A DNA stretch of 64,000 nucleotides from Nemertoderma westbladi (lineage: Eukaryota; Animalia; Xenacoelomorpha), in the NCBI GenBank assembly GCA_032718475.1, contig JAUCBJ010000166.1:1-64000 (forward strand), given 5' to 3'. Both the position numbers and the translations under genes were made by a program. Positions 1-12,374 of the stretch are shown piece after piece. The notes under the pieces were generated by a model. The model searched no databases and was not told the DNA's origin. It saw only the letters and a program-made list of their open reading frames with translations. Position 1 is the stretch's first letter. Every line of letters begins with the position of its first letter.

Positions 1-720
1 TGATAATGCGATCAGACATTTCCTGAGGACTTTAAAAGTTAAATGTGAATATGTTGGTATTCTTCGAGTTAACAAAAAGACCAACAATGAACCGAGGAGC
101 CGTTGGGCTCCTAGTGATTCTGCGATTACTTCTAAGTCATCAGCAAAGTCTAGTGTTAGGTTCTGGAGCTGGATTTCCTCGCCTTCTGGAGCCAGTAGGC
201 GGAGTTACCCATCATCATTATGGAGATTTAAGGATATATATATTTTTTTATTGACAAAAGAAATATTAAACGTCACAGATTGATTAACATATTGAATAAT
301 AACAATTACACAAAAAACCCTTCTTTAGTCCGAATGATATTACAGATCTTATATCCTATAGCACAAAAGAGAAAGAAAGAAATATGCCTACTGTATAATG
401 AATATTACTCGGAAAAAGTTCAGTACTTCATAAAGAAACTCACAAACGACTCTAGGCGATGTACTGAATCGCAATGAAGGACATGCCAAATACATATTCA
501 ACCTCAATTATAAATAAGAATTGTGCAAGTGTATCACCCTGGAGAACCCCCCTAACACTTCAAATGGTTCTGTGTCACCATCAATGGTAGACACAAATGT
601 CGTCGAACCATTGATCTGATTGCTGCAGTAATTTCATCGGAATCCCATGTAATGAAAGTATGCTGAACATAAGTGAGCGAGTCAACAAAGATAGCAGCCA
701 GATGTCAAATAAAACAATTA
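1..720 (-). mobile_element. Degenerate RTE-clade non-LTR retrotransposon fragment (RT region)
   Basis: Minus-strand translation gives RT motifs in broken frames: DGDTEPFEV..GVLQGDTLA (about 520-590) and LDFADDLEVIAES (about 110-160). Confidence 0.7.
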
Positions 721-967
721 ATTATAAGGGGAAATTGAAAAAAATTCTTCATATATAAAATGACTGTAAAATTTTGACCGCAATACCTGGTATTCTTCAC
801 ATGATAGGTCTATTTTGCTGCAAAGGCTCGTTTAGAAAATTTAAATATGGAGTGTATTATAGAGTGGCCATATCTTATATATATATCTTTATATAATATG
901 CCTATTAAAATATACCGTGTAAATGTCCTTGTGCCCTAATTATTGACAGGTTAATATAATGCTTTAG

Positions 968-1656
968 GTGTTGTTGCTGTGATTAGCCCAACATTCGACG
1001 CTCCGATTGTCTACAGCGCTTCTAGTAACTTCGGAATTCCTTTCATAGACATCAGCCCGTTTTATTTCAACGCGGAGATCACCCGCAACCTCAGAGTGAG
1101 TCTATATCCGGACCCTACGGTGCTGGACATGGCGCTCCACGACATCATCTCCCACTACGACTGGAAGGAATTCACTCTCATATGTGACAAAGTCGAGGAC
1201 CTTTACTTCGCCAGTGAATTGACCCACATGTCTATGGCTTCCAACATGAAGATGCGATTCGTTGAGATTCATAATAATTCACTTCCCGATATAATGAAAA
1301 AAGTGAAGAAGATTAAGGGTAAGAACATGTTGATAGCGACGAGGTTGACAACCACGCGAAGAATATTCGAGCAGCTGATGCGCTCCCAGATGCTTGTCGT
1401 CGGCTACCATTACATCTTCCTTGCCTTGGACGGCGAAGAGATCCGACTGAGAGAGTTTACCAACGATGACGTTAACATCACCGCGTTCTCCCTTATGCAC
1501 GAGGATTCCCCGATGTACGAAGCTCTGTACTACAAGTGGATGAGATTCTCTAACCAGACCATCCCCGAAGACCCTGACGAACGACTGATCTCCCTTGACG
1601 ACGCCCTCCTTCACGACGCTGTGTACACAGTCGCCCACGGACTAGATGTTACTAAG
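968..1656 (+). CDS. GRIK: Kainate-class ionotropic glutamate receptor, ATD exon (first exon visible in the window)
   Basis: Boundaries tttag|GT (phase 1) and AAG|gtaaga. Translation GVVAVISPT..SLYPD..YDWKEF..YHYIF..NITAF..ALLHDAV is typical of the iGluR amino-terminal domain. Confidence 0.9.
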
Positions 1657-1787
1657 GTAAGATGATTTTATAATATATTGAATGCCCTAGTTACAGTCAA
1701 TATTTAGCGTATCGTAATTTTTTTCTGTACAATAATCTCTAAGGAAGGCGTATATTGCATAAAAACATAAACAATATATACATATAA

Positions 1788-2848
1788 ACACGTTCGTGGG
1801 GCCTTCGCGCAGCACGAGGCCCAGTTATGAGATACAAATTGAAATCGAGCGACTGTATCACAAAATCAGTATTTAACTTTATAAATTTGTAAAATTTAGC
1901 ACCACCAATCAATCAAAGAAAGGGGGACAGTACGTGTTCAGCCCTTTTAATCTGCACCCCCACCCCCCCCCCCCCCCCCCCCCCACCCTTCCCACCCACC
2001 AATACATAACCGCGACATCTACCACCCACGGAAGGGTAGCACGAACTTATTTCCAATCGCACGTTCAATATGCGAAGCCAGGTGGTTTATAGGAATATAA
2101 TCTACGCAGTACTAAATACAGTCAATGCAGTAATGAATGATATTCAGATAATTTATTTAATATACTGTTAATGCCTCTGAAAACTTAGACAATTAAAATA
2201 CACTAAAATCCCATCAAAAAATAATAAGCCTAATATTTTGAGAAATAAACAATGTTGGATATAAGCCTTCTGCAGTGGTAATCTTATTGACTGACAATCA
2301 TTAAATGAGATTTGTCTATTACCTGAGACTAAAGAACAGCCAACTTGCATGTTGGCCAATAAATGAGCAGTATTTAATGAGAATCAATTTTTTATGCCGT
2401 TTTAATTACTTTGGATCAATTAAAGACACAATTATTAAAGAAAATCACTTGAACTAATTAAAAACTATAATAGAATGGGGTATGTGGATTACATCTGTAT
2501 AATTTTTAAGTATAATTATTGAAGTCTTATACTGTAAAACAATTAATTTCCTTTAACAGGCAGGTTGAAAGTGCTGTTTTTACCGTAATCAATTTAATTA
2601 ACTAATTAACTGCTATTAACTGCTATTATCTTAGTTTCTCGAAGGCCACACGAAAATTCAACTTGGAAAATTTCTAAACTTTTGCCAAACAACATGTGTA
2701 CCAAGTTTGGATAGATTTCATCGAAGATTGGCCGAGTTATTAACGTTTAAAATTGAACACTGCAAAAAAAGCGACAGAACGACAGAACGACAGGTTGATT
2801 AATGGTACCACTACGCTAAGGCTCACTCACTTCTTGTCTCTCCCCACA
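1788..2848 (-). mobile_element. DINE-1/HINE-like non-autonomous element, copy 1 (intronic)
   Basis: Shared termini ACAcgttcgtggggccttcgcgcagcacg and cgctaaggctcactcacttc..ccccACA, a C-run and a (gacagaac)n microsatellite. Homologous to copies at 24644, 27731 and 28616. Strand follows the DINE-1 convention (microsatellite 5', hairpin 3'). Confidence 0.75.
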
Positions 2849-2929
2849 AGGATGAGGATTATCTTCAATCACTATATAAATCTGAGGTGCTATGGGCGGT
2901 TTGTTGTTATTTATTATTTTATTCTGTAG

Positions 2930-3181
2930 GACTTAATTGGTGCACCCGAGCCTGTAAACTGTACCAATCCAAGGGAATGGTCTAGCGGTATCACTTTCTT
3001 CAACTATCTCGTCGATGTTTACTTCCAAGGGCTCACTAATGTCGTCAAGTTCGATAGCAGAAACCGCAGGGATAACATGACCATGGATGTTCTTTGGCAC
3101 GAGCATGGACATTGGGACATTGTCGGGCAGTGGGATTCAGTTTCTCGCTATACTAAAAAGGAAACACACGCGGAATCGGAG
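2930..3181 (+). CDS. GRIK: iGluR exon (end of ATD)
   Basis: ctgtag|GAC to GAG|gtaggt, 252 nt, phase 0/0. Translation DLIGAPEPVNC..FQGLTNVVKFD..IVGQWD. Confidence 0.88.
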
Positions 3182-3331
3182 GTAGGTTGTTAGCAGCTTT
3201 ATTGTCAGCAATATGACGTATTACATTCCACCGTCATGTTCAGCATTTTCACATAAATTATAACCTATGAAAAACTTTTCGTTGTGAATAACGCACATAA
3301 CTATTATTGAATTACATTAAAATTTCCCCAG

Positions 3332-3559
3332 GCGAAGATTCTGCTGCAAAATACTACTTTAAGAATTACGACAATAATTGCGAAGAAATTCTTCGAAGAG
3401 AAAACAGTAACCGATGACGGAGTTCACTTGGAAGGCAATGATAGATTCACCGGATTCCTTGTGAAATTTTTACTCAAAATGAAAGAAACTGTGGAACGAC
3501 AGCTGGCCGAATCCGGAGACAATACAGTTTCCTTCAATTACACATTTCATCTTGTTAAG
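3332..3559 (+). CDS. GRIK: iGluR exon (start of S1)
   Basis: ccccag|GCG to AAG|gtaatt, 228 nt. Translation NTTLRITTI..LEGNDRFTGF..FNYTFHLVK. Confidence 0.88.
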
Positions 3560-4209
3560 GTAATTGAAGAATTTAAACGCTTCTTTCACGTAGGTGTGTT
3601 GCGTGGTAGGCCTACTATCTTATGATGACATCAACTTCTTTCTACGTAGTTTTATTATATTTTATACCAAATGTGTTCATTGTGTCAAGTAAAATGGACC
3701 CATCAGACTCTATACAAAATTTGAGGTGTTTCATTAGTCTCCCCTAGCCTTACACTTGAACAGAGCACCCTCCGCTTTGCAGGACATTGCATTGCTTTCG
3801 CCACAAGGACCAGCCAGTGCATAATCATGTGTTTTGGCAGCCTTATGGAACGAATAAGCATGGTGGACAGCCCATGACTTCTTTGAGACGCATCTTATCT
3901 TATAGGACACTGGCATTGAAGATGTGGATGATCTAGCAATTGTCATTGGTTGTAGGGAGTTGCGGCGGCGCAATTTTTTCGACAAGGCGGCACATCATTC
4001 TTAATATATATATGTAATATATATAATGCACCTGTAATGCAGCATGCTGATAGTAGTTGTAGTAGTAGGTGTTGAAGTGGTTCAGTGTATTGGATCTTGT
4101 GGCCGTAAATACGGGTGAAGATATTATTCCTTGAAATTTCCTTGAAAAAAACATTTTTCCGGAAAACTCACATCCCTAGTAATGAACTTGCCTTATTATA
4201 TTTTTCAAG

Positions 4210-4408
4210 GACAATACATACGGTAATTACAATAAAACCTCGGGAAAATGGAACGGGATGATTGGCGAAGTGATGTACGATGAAGCAGATATCGCGGTGG
4301 CGCCGCTAACAATATCCTACGTCCGACAGGAGGTCGTCGACTTTACTCAGCCCTACATGACTATCGGTAACATGATGGTACTAAGAGTGCAGGCACTCAA
4401 TTCAACTG
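4210..4408 (+). CDS. GRIK: iGluR exon (S1 ligand-binding core)
   Basis: ttcaag|GAC to G|gttagt. Translation DNTYG..WNGMIGEV..ADIAVAPLTISYVRQEVVDFTQPYM. Not in the ORF track. Confidence 0.92.
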
Positions 4409-4451
4409 GTTAGTATTAGAACTTCATTATATCCAACTATCCATTCATGGC

Positions 4452-4760
4452 CAGCTCCATATCAGTTGTTTACCCGGTACTTATTAGTGGAGTGGTAACA
4501 GCTCCATCTCAGTTGTATACCCGGTACTTATTAGTGGAGTGGTAACAGCTCCATCTCAGTTGTATACCCGGTACTAATTGTGGAGTGCTAACAGCTCCAT
4601 ATCAGTTGTATACCCGGTACTTATTAGTGGAGTGGTAACAGCTCCATCTCAGTTGTATACCCGGTACTTATTAGTGGAGTGGTAACAGCTCCATATCAGT
4701 TGTATACCCGGTACTTATTAGTGGAGTGCTAACAGCTCCATATCAGTTGTATACCCGGTA
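4452..4760. repeat. 47-bp minisatellite, about 6.5 copies
   Basis: Unit cagctccatatcagttgtatacccggtacttattagtggagtggtaa. Confidence 0.95.
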
Positions 4761-4874
4761 CATATATCTATTTACATGCTTGTGTGTAAAGTAGCACTTT
4801 ACAGTGTGATGATCCGAGTGGCTTTGTTACACGAACGAACGTTAGCCTATCTGGCTGTCAGGCAAATTTCCACC

Positions 4875-4965
4875 TATTGTTTACGTGGTATCCAATGACG
4901 GCGTTAAGTAATGTCCCCTTAGTCGACATTACTTAACGCCGTCATGGGTTACCACGTAAACAATA
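4875..4965. repeat. Near-perfect 91-bp inverted repeat (mini-MITE-like hairpin)
   Basis: Arms tattgtttacgtggtatccaatgacggcgttaagtaatgtc and gacattacttaacgccgtcatgggttaccacgtaaacaata, with TA at both ends. Confidence 0.85.
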
Positions 4966-6134
4966 ACACAAAATACAATACTAAATGTACAGGCCAATAC
5001 AATGCTGTAATGTCCTCTAAAGTTGTAAAGTGCTAAATAACAACTCGCTGTTAATACTAACGGCGTTGAGTAATGTTACTATTTGGGAATAAAATCTTTA
5101 ATACAACCGAACCGTTATGAATTTTTGTTAAATACCTAGATTTGCATGAGTGAAATAATTTTCCAGAACGTTTTTTTTTATCACATATCTATTGTCGGTT
5201 GGGTTTGTTCATATTTCACCCAAAGCGTGTTCTAAACAGTAGGCGTGCAGCCGGAAGTTACTAGCTATCGTGAGGGTAATCATTACATAGTTAAGTTTCA
5301 TGTTTCATGTAAGTTCAAAATAAATGTAAGGGGGGGGGGGGGGGGGGGGGGGCCTTGTTAATGCCCAAAAAATAAGACTATAAAATTATATTTTGCGGAT
5401 CATATGTTTAGTCATGGATTTTGCGTAATATTTCATAACACAAAAGGAACAGTAGGGAAGAGTAGGGAAGAGTAAGTAGCAAATTAGTGATGTTCCAGAA
5501 TAATTTAATTAAATTCGCAATAAGCTGTGATTCAATGGGAAATGAGTAATATTTACCCAGGCGTGTTACACATTAATTGCTATATCCATGGACTTCTAGA
5601 ATATAATTTATACGGTATAGGTATAAAATAATATTCTAAAGGTATAAATTAATATTCTAGAAGTCGATACTCTATCTCAGTAACTAGACGTCGCACCAAA
5701 TTTTTAAATATATAAAAAAATTACCGATTTAATGTAACTGAGGCAAAAAAATTGTATGTATACCGTAATTCACTGCAGGGAAATATACTAATTTCCATTG
5801 CTTTTAGCAAAGATTTTTCACATAATAAAATTGGGATTACTGTATTGAATTTAGGTGTAATTAATTAATTTATTTGTTTTAATTTAAAAATCACAACAGT
5901 TTATCATATGGCTGGGAATTTTTTGGGAATAAGTTTCTTTGAGGTTGACAAATGACAAATCTGATGGGCTGGGTTACATACCTCCGTTTTGTAGAGAAGT
6001 AGGGCCTAGTGTTAATAAGCTTCCCATTTTTTACCAGCCAAAATGGTAGTAAAAATGTTGAATTTATTTATACAAACTTCCGTTGCTCTGGAAACTAAAT
6101 TGGTAACATGTAGTAGAGCATAGTTAATTCAACC

Positions 6135-9100
6135 GATAGATAGATAGATAGATAGATTTATTTATACATTATGTAAAAACAATAACAAATACACCAAACA
6201 ATGTACCGGTATAAAGGTATTGTCCAACATAACATATAGGATTACCCCTAAAGCTTTGCAGCTTATTTCCAAGGGGGTCCTTTATGTTACTTGGTTACAA
6301 ATACAATATTACACTACGCTAACCTAAAACCAATATAAAACGTAATTACACTATGTACATGTACAACTTTACCGAGAGCGTGACAATGCCCGACTCAACG
6401 ATAAAGATGTAATGTACAGAACAATTTATTATAAAACGTAATTACAGTATAAATAGTAAATAATTAATAAACTAATAACTTACTGTAGGACTATTGTACC
6501 TATTTTTACATTGCACACGGAGATGAGATTTAACTGCAGATTTAAAAGAATGTTGATTATTTAGGTTTTTAATTTCATTAGGCAGATCGTTCCAATTTTT
6601 AATGCCGTTAAAAAAGAAAGTATCAGATTCAAAGGATTTACAATTCGGGAGGTAGAAGTTTGAAGCACTAGCTCTGGTACTGTAAGAGTGTGTATCGCGT
6701 ACTCTGTTGAATTTTTGTTTTAGGTAATTGGGACATTTACCATTATACACTTTATGCACATGGTTAAGGCGTAGCTGCTTAACTCTACTATCTAAGTTAA
6801 GTAGTCCAGATTCAGAAAAGTCATCTGGAGTTAGGTGGTGCCTAGGTTTGTAGTCTTTAATAAATCGTACTACTTTATTCTGAGCAACTTGTAATTTACA
6901 TTTAAGCTGTTTGGTTAAGCCTTCATACCAAGAAGAGCATGCATAGTCCATGTGGCACTGTATTAAAGAAGAGCAAAGTAACTTGCGGGAGTCGGTGTTC
7001 AAACTATTTTTATTTCTGTATAGAAACCTAAGCCTACTGTTAACTTTCGAGAAAATATTTTTCACTGTACTTTCTCCTGATAAGCAGTTATCCAATGTGG
7101 CGCCTAAATATTTAACTTCCTTTTTATTTTCAATCTTATGTCCATTACTAGTGACTTCAAACTTAGTTACCTTCTTTAACTTTCTTTTGGAACCAAACAA
7201 AATACTTTCAGTTTTACCGTAGTGAATGGATAGCTTATTATCAACCAACCACTCATTACAGGATTCTAGAACTGCACTTAACTTTTGGGAAATATGGATA
7301 GGATCTTTATGAGAGAAAATAAGAGCACTGTCGTCGGCATATAAAATGAGTTTAAAATCGGGATCTATACTACTTATCATATCATTTACATAGCATACAA
7401 AAAGCAGAGGACCTAATATACTACCTTGCGGTACACCACAGGTAATCTCTTGTACAGTAGACAGCGATTTGCTAATGACTACAGTTTGACCTCTGTCTGA
7501 CAGGTAGGACTTGAACCAGTCTACAGAACCTACACCCATCAGGCCTAACTTACCAAGCAGAATTTCGTGATCTACAGTATCGAAAGCCTTTTGTAGGTCC
7601 AACATTACCATACCAGTATATAAACCCTTTGCGTTATTACATCTAATTGTATCAGTTAAGTTAATAAGGCAGGTGTCTGTAGAATATGATTTACGAAAAC
7701 CGGACTGAAGTTCATAGATAAGATTTAGCCTACTAAGATGTGCTTCCAGCTGTAGAAAAACATAACGTTCTAGAATTTTAGATACAATACTTAAGATACT
7801 AACAGGTCTGTAATTACAGGGTTCTACTTTACTATTCTTTTTATACAGAGGAACAACCTTAGCTAATTTCAGTTCGTCTGGTACTACATTATCTACGATA
7901 GAGTAATTAATAATAAAAGTAATAGGCACTTTAAGTACTTCAGCACCATCCTTAAGAAAACGGGCAGGTATTAGATCTAGACCGGTACTTTTTGAGGCTG
8001 ATAGGCTAAGTAGATTTTTAAAAACGAAATCCTCAGAAACGGGTTTTAAAAATAACTTTTCTGAATTTTGTAACTTTTCTAAATAAAAATTATTTAGAGT
8101 TTCGGACCCTATACTATATTTATTACTTGATAACGGTAATTTCTTAACTAAATTAGAGGCAACATTAGTAAAATAATTATTAAATGAATTACTAACTAGA
8201 GTATGATCATGAATCAGCTCACCGTTATCTTGCAGAACAATATTCGATTTAGATTTAAGGTTTTTATAACCTAAAGATTTTAGGGTAGACCATAGACTTT
8301 TAGGATTATCTTTATTCTCACTTATTTTGTTGTACAAATATTCAGATTTAGCTTTTTTTATTTCCCGTTGGACAAGGTTTCTATATTTGCAGTAATTATT
8401 ATAATCAGCTAAAACACGGTATTTCCTAAATTTATACAAATAGTTATCTCTTTCTCTGATATTACTAAGAATACCCGAGCTCATCCAGGGCTCAGTGCGT
8501 TGTTTAAGACTAATTTCTTTAATTGGTGCTACAGTATTAAGTGCCTTTAAAAATATATCTTTAAAAACAGTGTACGCAAGGTTAATGTCAGCGGCCTTAA
8601 AACAGGGTTCCCAGTCAGAATTAACTAACAAACTTAAAAAGCGTTCCTTGCTGTAATTTTTCATAGACCTAACTGTTACTGTTTTATGATCCCCGAAAAA
8701 ATATTTTTGTGTCTTTCTTGTGCAAAAAACTATAAAATGATCGCTTAGACCTATAGGTAAAACCCCAGGTCCCCGGTCATTGAACTAAAGTTTGTCTCCT
8801 CCAAGTTTGAAGAAAACTCCACCAATTAGTTGCTTTGTTGCTAAGTAAGATATGCAATATGTCAATTTTGTAAAATATGTAACTTTTTTCCATCATAGTT
8901 TTTTGAAATGTTTTTGAGATTGGGTTGTTGATAATGTTTCTTAAAAGCAAAAAGTTCGGCAATGATTTTAAATAAAATATTATACTGTTGTGAGACGACA
9001 AGGTGAGGAAATATCAAGGTGTATTTCGTATCGCTACGCGCAGATTAAGTTTATTTAATGATAACAAGATAATTAATAATAACGTAGGTTGTTAGACGTC

Positions 9101-9209
9101 AGTATCAGTACTGCAGTAATACTAATAGGTACAGACATACAGCAGTACAGCAGAAAGTGTTAATACCGCGGTACAGCCGAATATGAAAGTATGTTAATTA
9201 GATAGATAG
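6135..9209 (-). mobile_element. CR1/L2-group (Crack/Daphne-like) LINE in an iGluR intron, antisense
   Basis: RT ORF, (TCTA)n 3' tail on the element strand, and GATAGATAG at both flanks (6135 and 9201). Confidence 0.85.
6472..8664 (-). CDS. LINE ORF2 reverse transcriptase (N-terminally incomplete)
   Basis: Motifs [43 protein letters not shown]. The frame stays open upstream to about 8775 with the endonuclease-end motif IGLSDH. Confidence 0.93.
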   Translation of the reverse strand: MKNYSKERFLSLLVNSDWEPCFKAADINLAYTVFKDIFLKALNTVAPIKEISLKQRTEPWMSSGILSNIRERDNYLYKFRKYRVLADYNNYCKYRNLVQREIKKAKSEYLYNKISENKDNPKSLWSTLKSLGYKNLKSKSNIVLQDNGELIHDHTLVSNSFNNYFTNVASNLVKKLPLSSNKYSIGSETLNNFYLEKLQNSEKLFLKPVSEDFVFKNLLSLSASKSTGLDLIPARFLKDGAEVLKVPITFIINYSIVDNVVPDELKLAKVVPLYKKNSKVEPCNYRPVSILSIVSKILERYVFLQLEAHLSRLNLIYELQSGFRKSYSTDTCLINLTDTIRCNNAKGLYTGMVMLDLQKAFDTVDHEILLGKLGLMGVGSVDWFKSYLSDRGQTVVISKSLSTVQEITCGVPQGSILGPLLFVCYVNDMISSIDPDFKLILYADDSALIFSHKDPIHISQKLSAVLESCNEWLVDNKLSIHYGKTESILFGSKRKLKKVTKFEVTSNGHKIENKKEVKYLGATLDNCLSGESTVKNIFSKVNSRLRFLYRNKNSLNTDSRKLLCSSLIQCHMDYACSSWYEGLTKQLKCKLQVAQNKVVRFIKDYKPRHHLTPDDFSESGLLNLDSRVKQLRLNHVHKVYNGKCPNYLKQKFNRVRDTHSYSTRASASNFYLPNCKSFESDTFFFNGIKNWNDLPNEIKNLNNQHSFKSAVKSHLRVQCKNRYNSPTVSY

Positions 9210-9352
9210 TTGTATGTGTAGGCTACGAGTATGGTAATTAGTAGTGATATCCTCACATACCGTGTGCTATTCGAATCAACCCCCAGCCATGGCCCCAACC
9301 CCCCAGTAACATCCTTTCCAATAATTTAACTCATTAATTAATAATATTTTAG

Positions 9353-9526
9353 GTATATTCTCCTTCACTAAGCCGTTGAACGAAGTTGTTTGGGGAGGCA
9401 TCGGTATTAGTTTTCTTATAATGAGCTCCTGTATATTTATTCTGGGGAGAATGAGTCCCTACGAGTGGTACAACCCGCACCCGTGCGACCCAAATACCAA
9501 CACAATCACCAACGATTTCTCATTGG
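9353..9526 (+). CDS. GRIK: iGluR exon (M1)
   Basis: ttttag|GT to G|gtttgt. Translation IFSFTKPL..M1..SPYEWYNPHPC, a kainate-type signature. Confidence 0.92.
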
Positions 9527-9766
9527 GTTTGTTACTAATCACATTTTTTGCTATTCGATATTGTAACCACAATATTTAAATTGAAACTCGAATTTTTTTT
9601 ACAGATAGGTTTTAGCTACATTTTACCACTTTAGGCATGCTTCCAAGTTCTGATTCAAGGATAACTATTTATTATTCAATATAAAATAAATATAGCTCAT
9701 TAATTTACGCAGATCCGACCGATATGTTTAATTTGCCATGTTTGTGTGTTACTATCTATCTTCTAG

Positions 9767-9972
9767 GTAACTCAACGTGGTTCCAGATCGGTTCGCTAAT
9801 GCAACAGGGTTCCGAGATATCTCCGAGAGCAATGAGCACGCGACTGATGACTATATTCTGGTGGTTCTTTACTCTTATTGTCATCTCTTCCTACACGGCC
9901 AACTTGGCGGCATTTCTTACAATAACCAAATTAGAGAAACCAATACAAACAGTCAAAGAGTTACTTAACCAG
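9767..9972 (+). CDS. GRIK: iGluR exon (M2 pore, M3)
   Basis: ttctag|GT to CAG|gtctat. Translation [34 protein letters not shown]. Confidence 0.95.
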
Positions 9973-10537
9973 GTCTATAAATATACATTATTACAATTAA
10001 TAAATTTACCCGCACCCTGATCTGTGTTTAATTCACCAACATAATAATTATTACCGAAGAAGTTTACATGATTAAAATCGAGATATTAATGCAGGTATTA
10101 GAGTTTGTTCGGACCTACAAATATATAGACATGACTTCAGGGTTACATAGCATAGATGTCCACAAACTCAATATTGAGATAGCGGACATGTATAAAACAT
10201 ACATACTAAGTAAAAAAAACAATGATTTAATGTCCTCTTAGGGGCTCCGTAGGTTGGCATGTCGCCGTTGATTTTTAATTTAATCAAATTGTTCAATTTG
10301 GGTGGGTTTGGAATAGCAGCAGACCAAATGGTCAAAAATTGTTCAAATATTTTTAAATATCAATGTAAATTGTAAGGAAAGTTCACGTCAAAATGCCCAG
10401 TCCGTTCCTTGAAAGTTTTAACCCGCCACCACTATGCAACTCCGCTGCGATTTAATGCAATGGTAGATTGATTGCGTGAGTGTGGAGTTTTTTTCTTATT
10501 CAACTTTTTATTTTATAGAAACTTCCTTATATTTTAG

Positions 10538-11239
10538 GATAAGTTTAAGTACGGGACTATGTGGGGCGGTTCAACTAAGACGTGGTTCGAACAGAACAGC
10601 ATGTCGCCGTACAAGGATCTCTGGGATAAAATAAAGGACGACGAATCCGCGTTTGTTGGAACCTACGAAGAGGGGATCAAAAGAGCGCAGGATGAGAATT
10701 ACGCATTCATCGGGGACAACGTAATGCTCCAAGCCTGGATTGTTGATAAATGCGAGCTGTCCACCGTCGGTAAAACTCTCAACAGTAAGAATTATGGTTT
10801 CGCCTTGAAGAAAAATAGTCCATACACCGGTGTCATTACTAATGCCATTCTCGACATGCAGTCAAAGAATGAAATATCCAAGTTGAAAAAGGAACATTGG
10901 AAGAAGCTCGACATATGCAAAGCCCAGGATGCGGGAAATAAGGCAAAGTCGCTGGATTCTGGGAGTATCGGCGGTATATTCTACGTGTTAGCTGGCGGCG
11001 TGCTCATAGGTATATTGGTATCTGTCGCCGAGTTCATCTGGCACGCGAAGAGGAACATGCCACCGGAGACGTCGGTATGTCGGGAGATGTGGAACGAGTT
11101 TCTGTTCGCTACGCGTTGTTCCAATAATCGACGTCCGGCCAGCGGTCCAGACTCACCCGTCGAGCCGCAGTCGCCACCCAATAAAACCCGACACACCCTG
11201 GACTACCCGGACGTCCCGGGGTACTCCACCCGGATATAG
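10538..11239 (+). CDS. GRIK: iGluR last exon (S2, M4, C-tail)
   Basis: ttttag|GAT in frame with ORF 10559. Translation YGT..GGST..YAFIGD..KNYGFA..GGIFYVLAGG, ending YSTRI*. Confidence 0.93.
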   Translation, partial: DKFKYGTMWGGSTKTWFEQNSMSPYKDLWDKIKDDESAFVGTYEEGIKRAQDENYAFIGDNVMLQAWIVDKCELSTVGKTLNSKNYGFALKKNSPYTGVITNAILDMQSKNEISKLKKEHWKKLDICKAQDAGNKAKSLDSGSIGGIFYVLAGGVLIGILVSVAEFIWHAKRNMPPETSVCREMWNEFLFATRCSNNRRPASGPDSPVEPQSPPNKTRHTLDYPDVPGYSTRI

Positions 11240-12020
11240 TGGACTACCTGGACGTGCCGGGGTACTCCACTCGGATATAGTGGACTACCCGGACGTCCCG
11301 GGGTACTCTACCCGGATATAGTGGACTACCCGGACGTCCCGGGGTACTCTACCCGGATATAGTGGACTACCCGGACGTCCCGGGGTACTCCACCCGGATA
11401 TAGTGGACTACCCGGACGCCCCGGGATACTCCACCCGGATATAGTGGACTACCCGGACGTCCCGGGGTACTCCACCCGGATGTAGTGGACTGCCCGGACG
11501 TCCCGGGGTACTCCACCTGGATATAGTGGACTACCCGGACATCCCGGGTTAATCCACCCGGATATAGTGGACTACCCGGACGTCCAGGGGTACTCCACCC
11601 GGATATAGTGGACTACCCGGACGTCCCGGGGTAGTCCACCCGGATATAGTGGACTACCCGGACGTCCCGGGGTACTCCACCTGGATATAGTGGACTACCC
11701 GGACGTCCCGGGGTAATCCACCCGGACATAGTGGACTACCCGGACGTCACGGGGTACTCCACCTGGATATAGTGGACTACCATGACGTCCCGGGGTACTC
11801 CACCCGGATATAGTGGACTACCAGGACGTCCCGGGGTACTCCACCCGGATATAGTGGACTACCAGGATGTCCCGGGGTACTCCACCCGGACATAGTGGAC
11901 TACCGAGACGTCCCGGGGTACTCCACCCGGATATAGTGGACTACCAGGACGTCCCGGGGTACTCCACCCGGATATAGTGGACTACCCGGACGTCCCGGGG
12001 TACTCCACACCCGGGTATAG
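11199..12020 (+). repeat. 41-bp tandem array, about 20 copies; first unit is the end of the iGluR CDS
   Basis: Unit tggactacccggacgtcccggggtactccacccggatatag. Unit 1 (11199-11239) ends exactly on the stop codon. Confidence 0.95.
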
Positions 12021-12374
12021 TTGGATGTACGGATCTTTCGGTTGACTCCACCCAGGCCAGAGTTCCCAGAGGGTCCTCCGAATATATTTAAGGGTCCACA
12101 TTCACAATTCAATAGTTATGTACTCGTTAAATAATCAGATATAATTAATTATTCCTGTTAAAATACATCGAACTGTCTGTATAATAATTAACTAGTTATT
12201 CACAGGGAAAACAAATAGGTTTTTTACCCGCCAAACCCGAGATTAATAATGTGCCGATTGAGTGTTACCGGTAGTGAGCGTGGAGGATAATTATATATTG
12301 ACGTGTCTTAAGGGTAAACAACTATTTGTTTTTATGTAACTAATAATTTTATTCCACAAAATTGCATTTTCAAC

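Noticed and set aside
45-254. ORF with a signal-peptide-like start as iGluR exon 1
   Set aside because: It is the antisense shadow of an RTE remnant (FADD motif on the minus strand), and no convincing splice link to 968 was found.
9767-10537. Q/R-site editing complementary sequence
   Set aside because: No complement to the MQQG codons was visible by eye in the next intron.
11204-11225. YPDVPGY resembling an HA tag (vector contamination)
   Set aside because: Not identical to YPYDVPDYA and embedded in a native genomic array.
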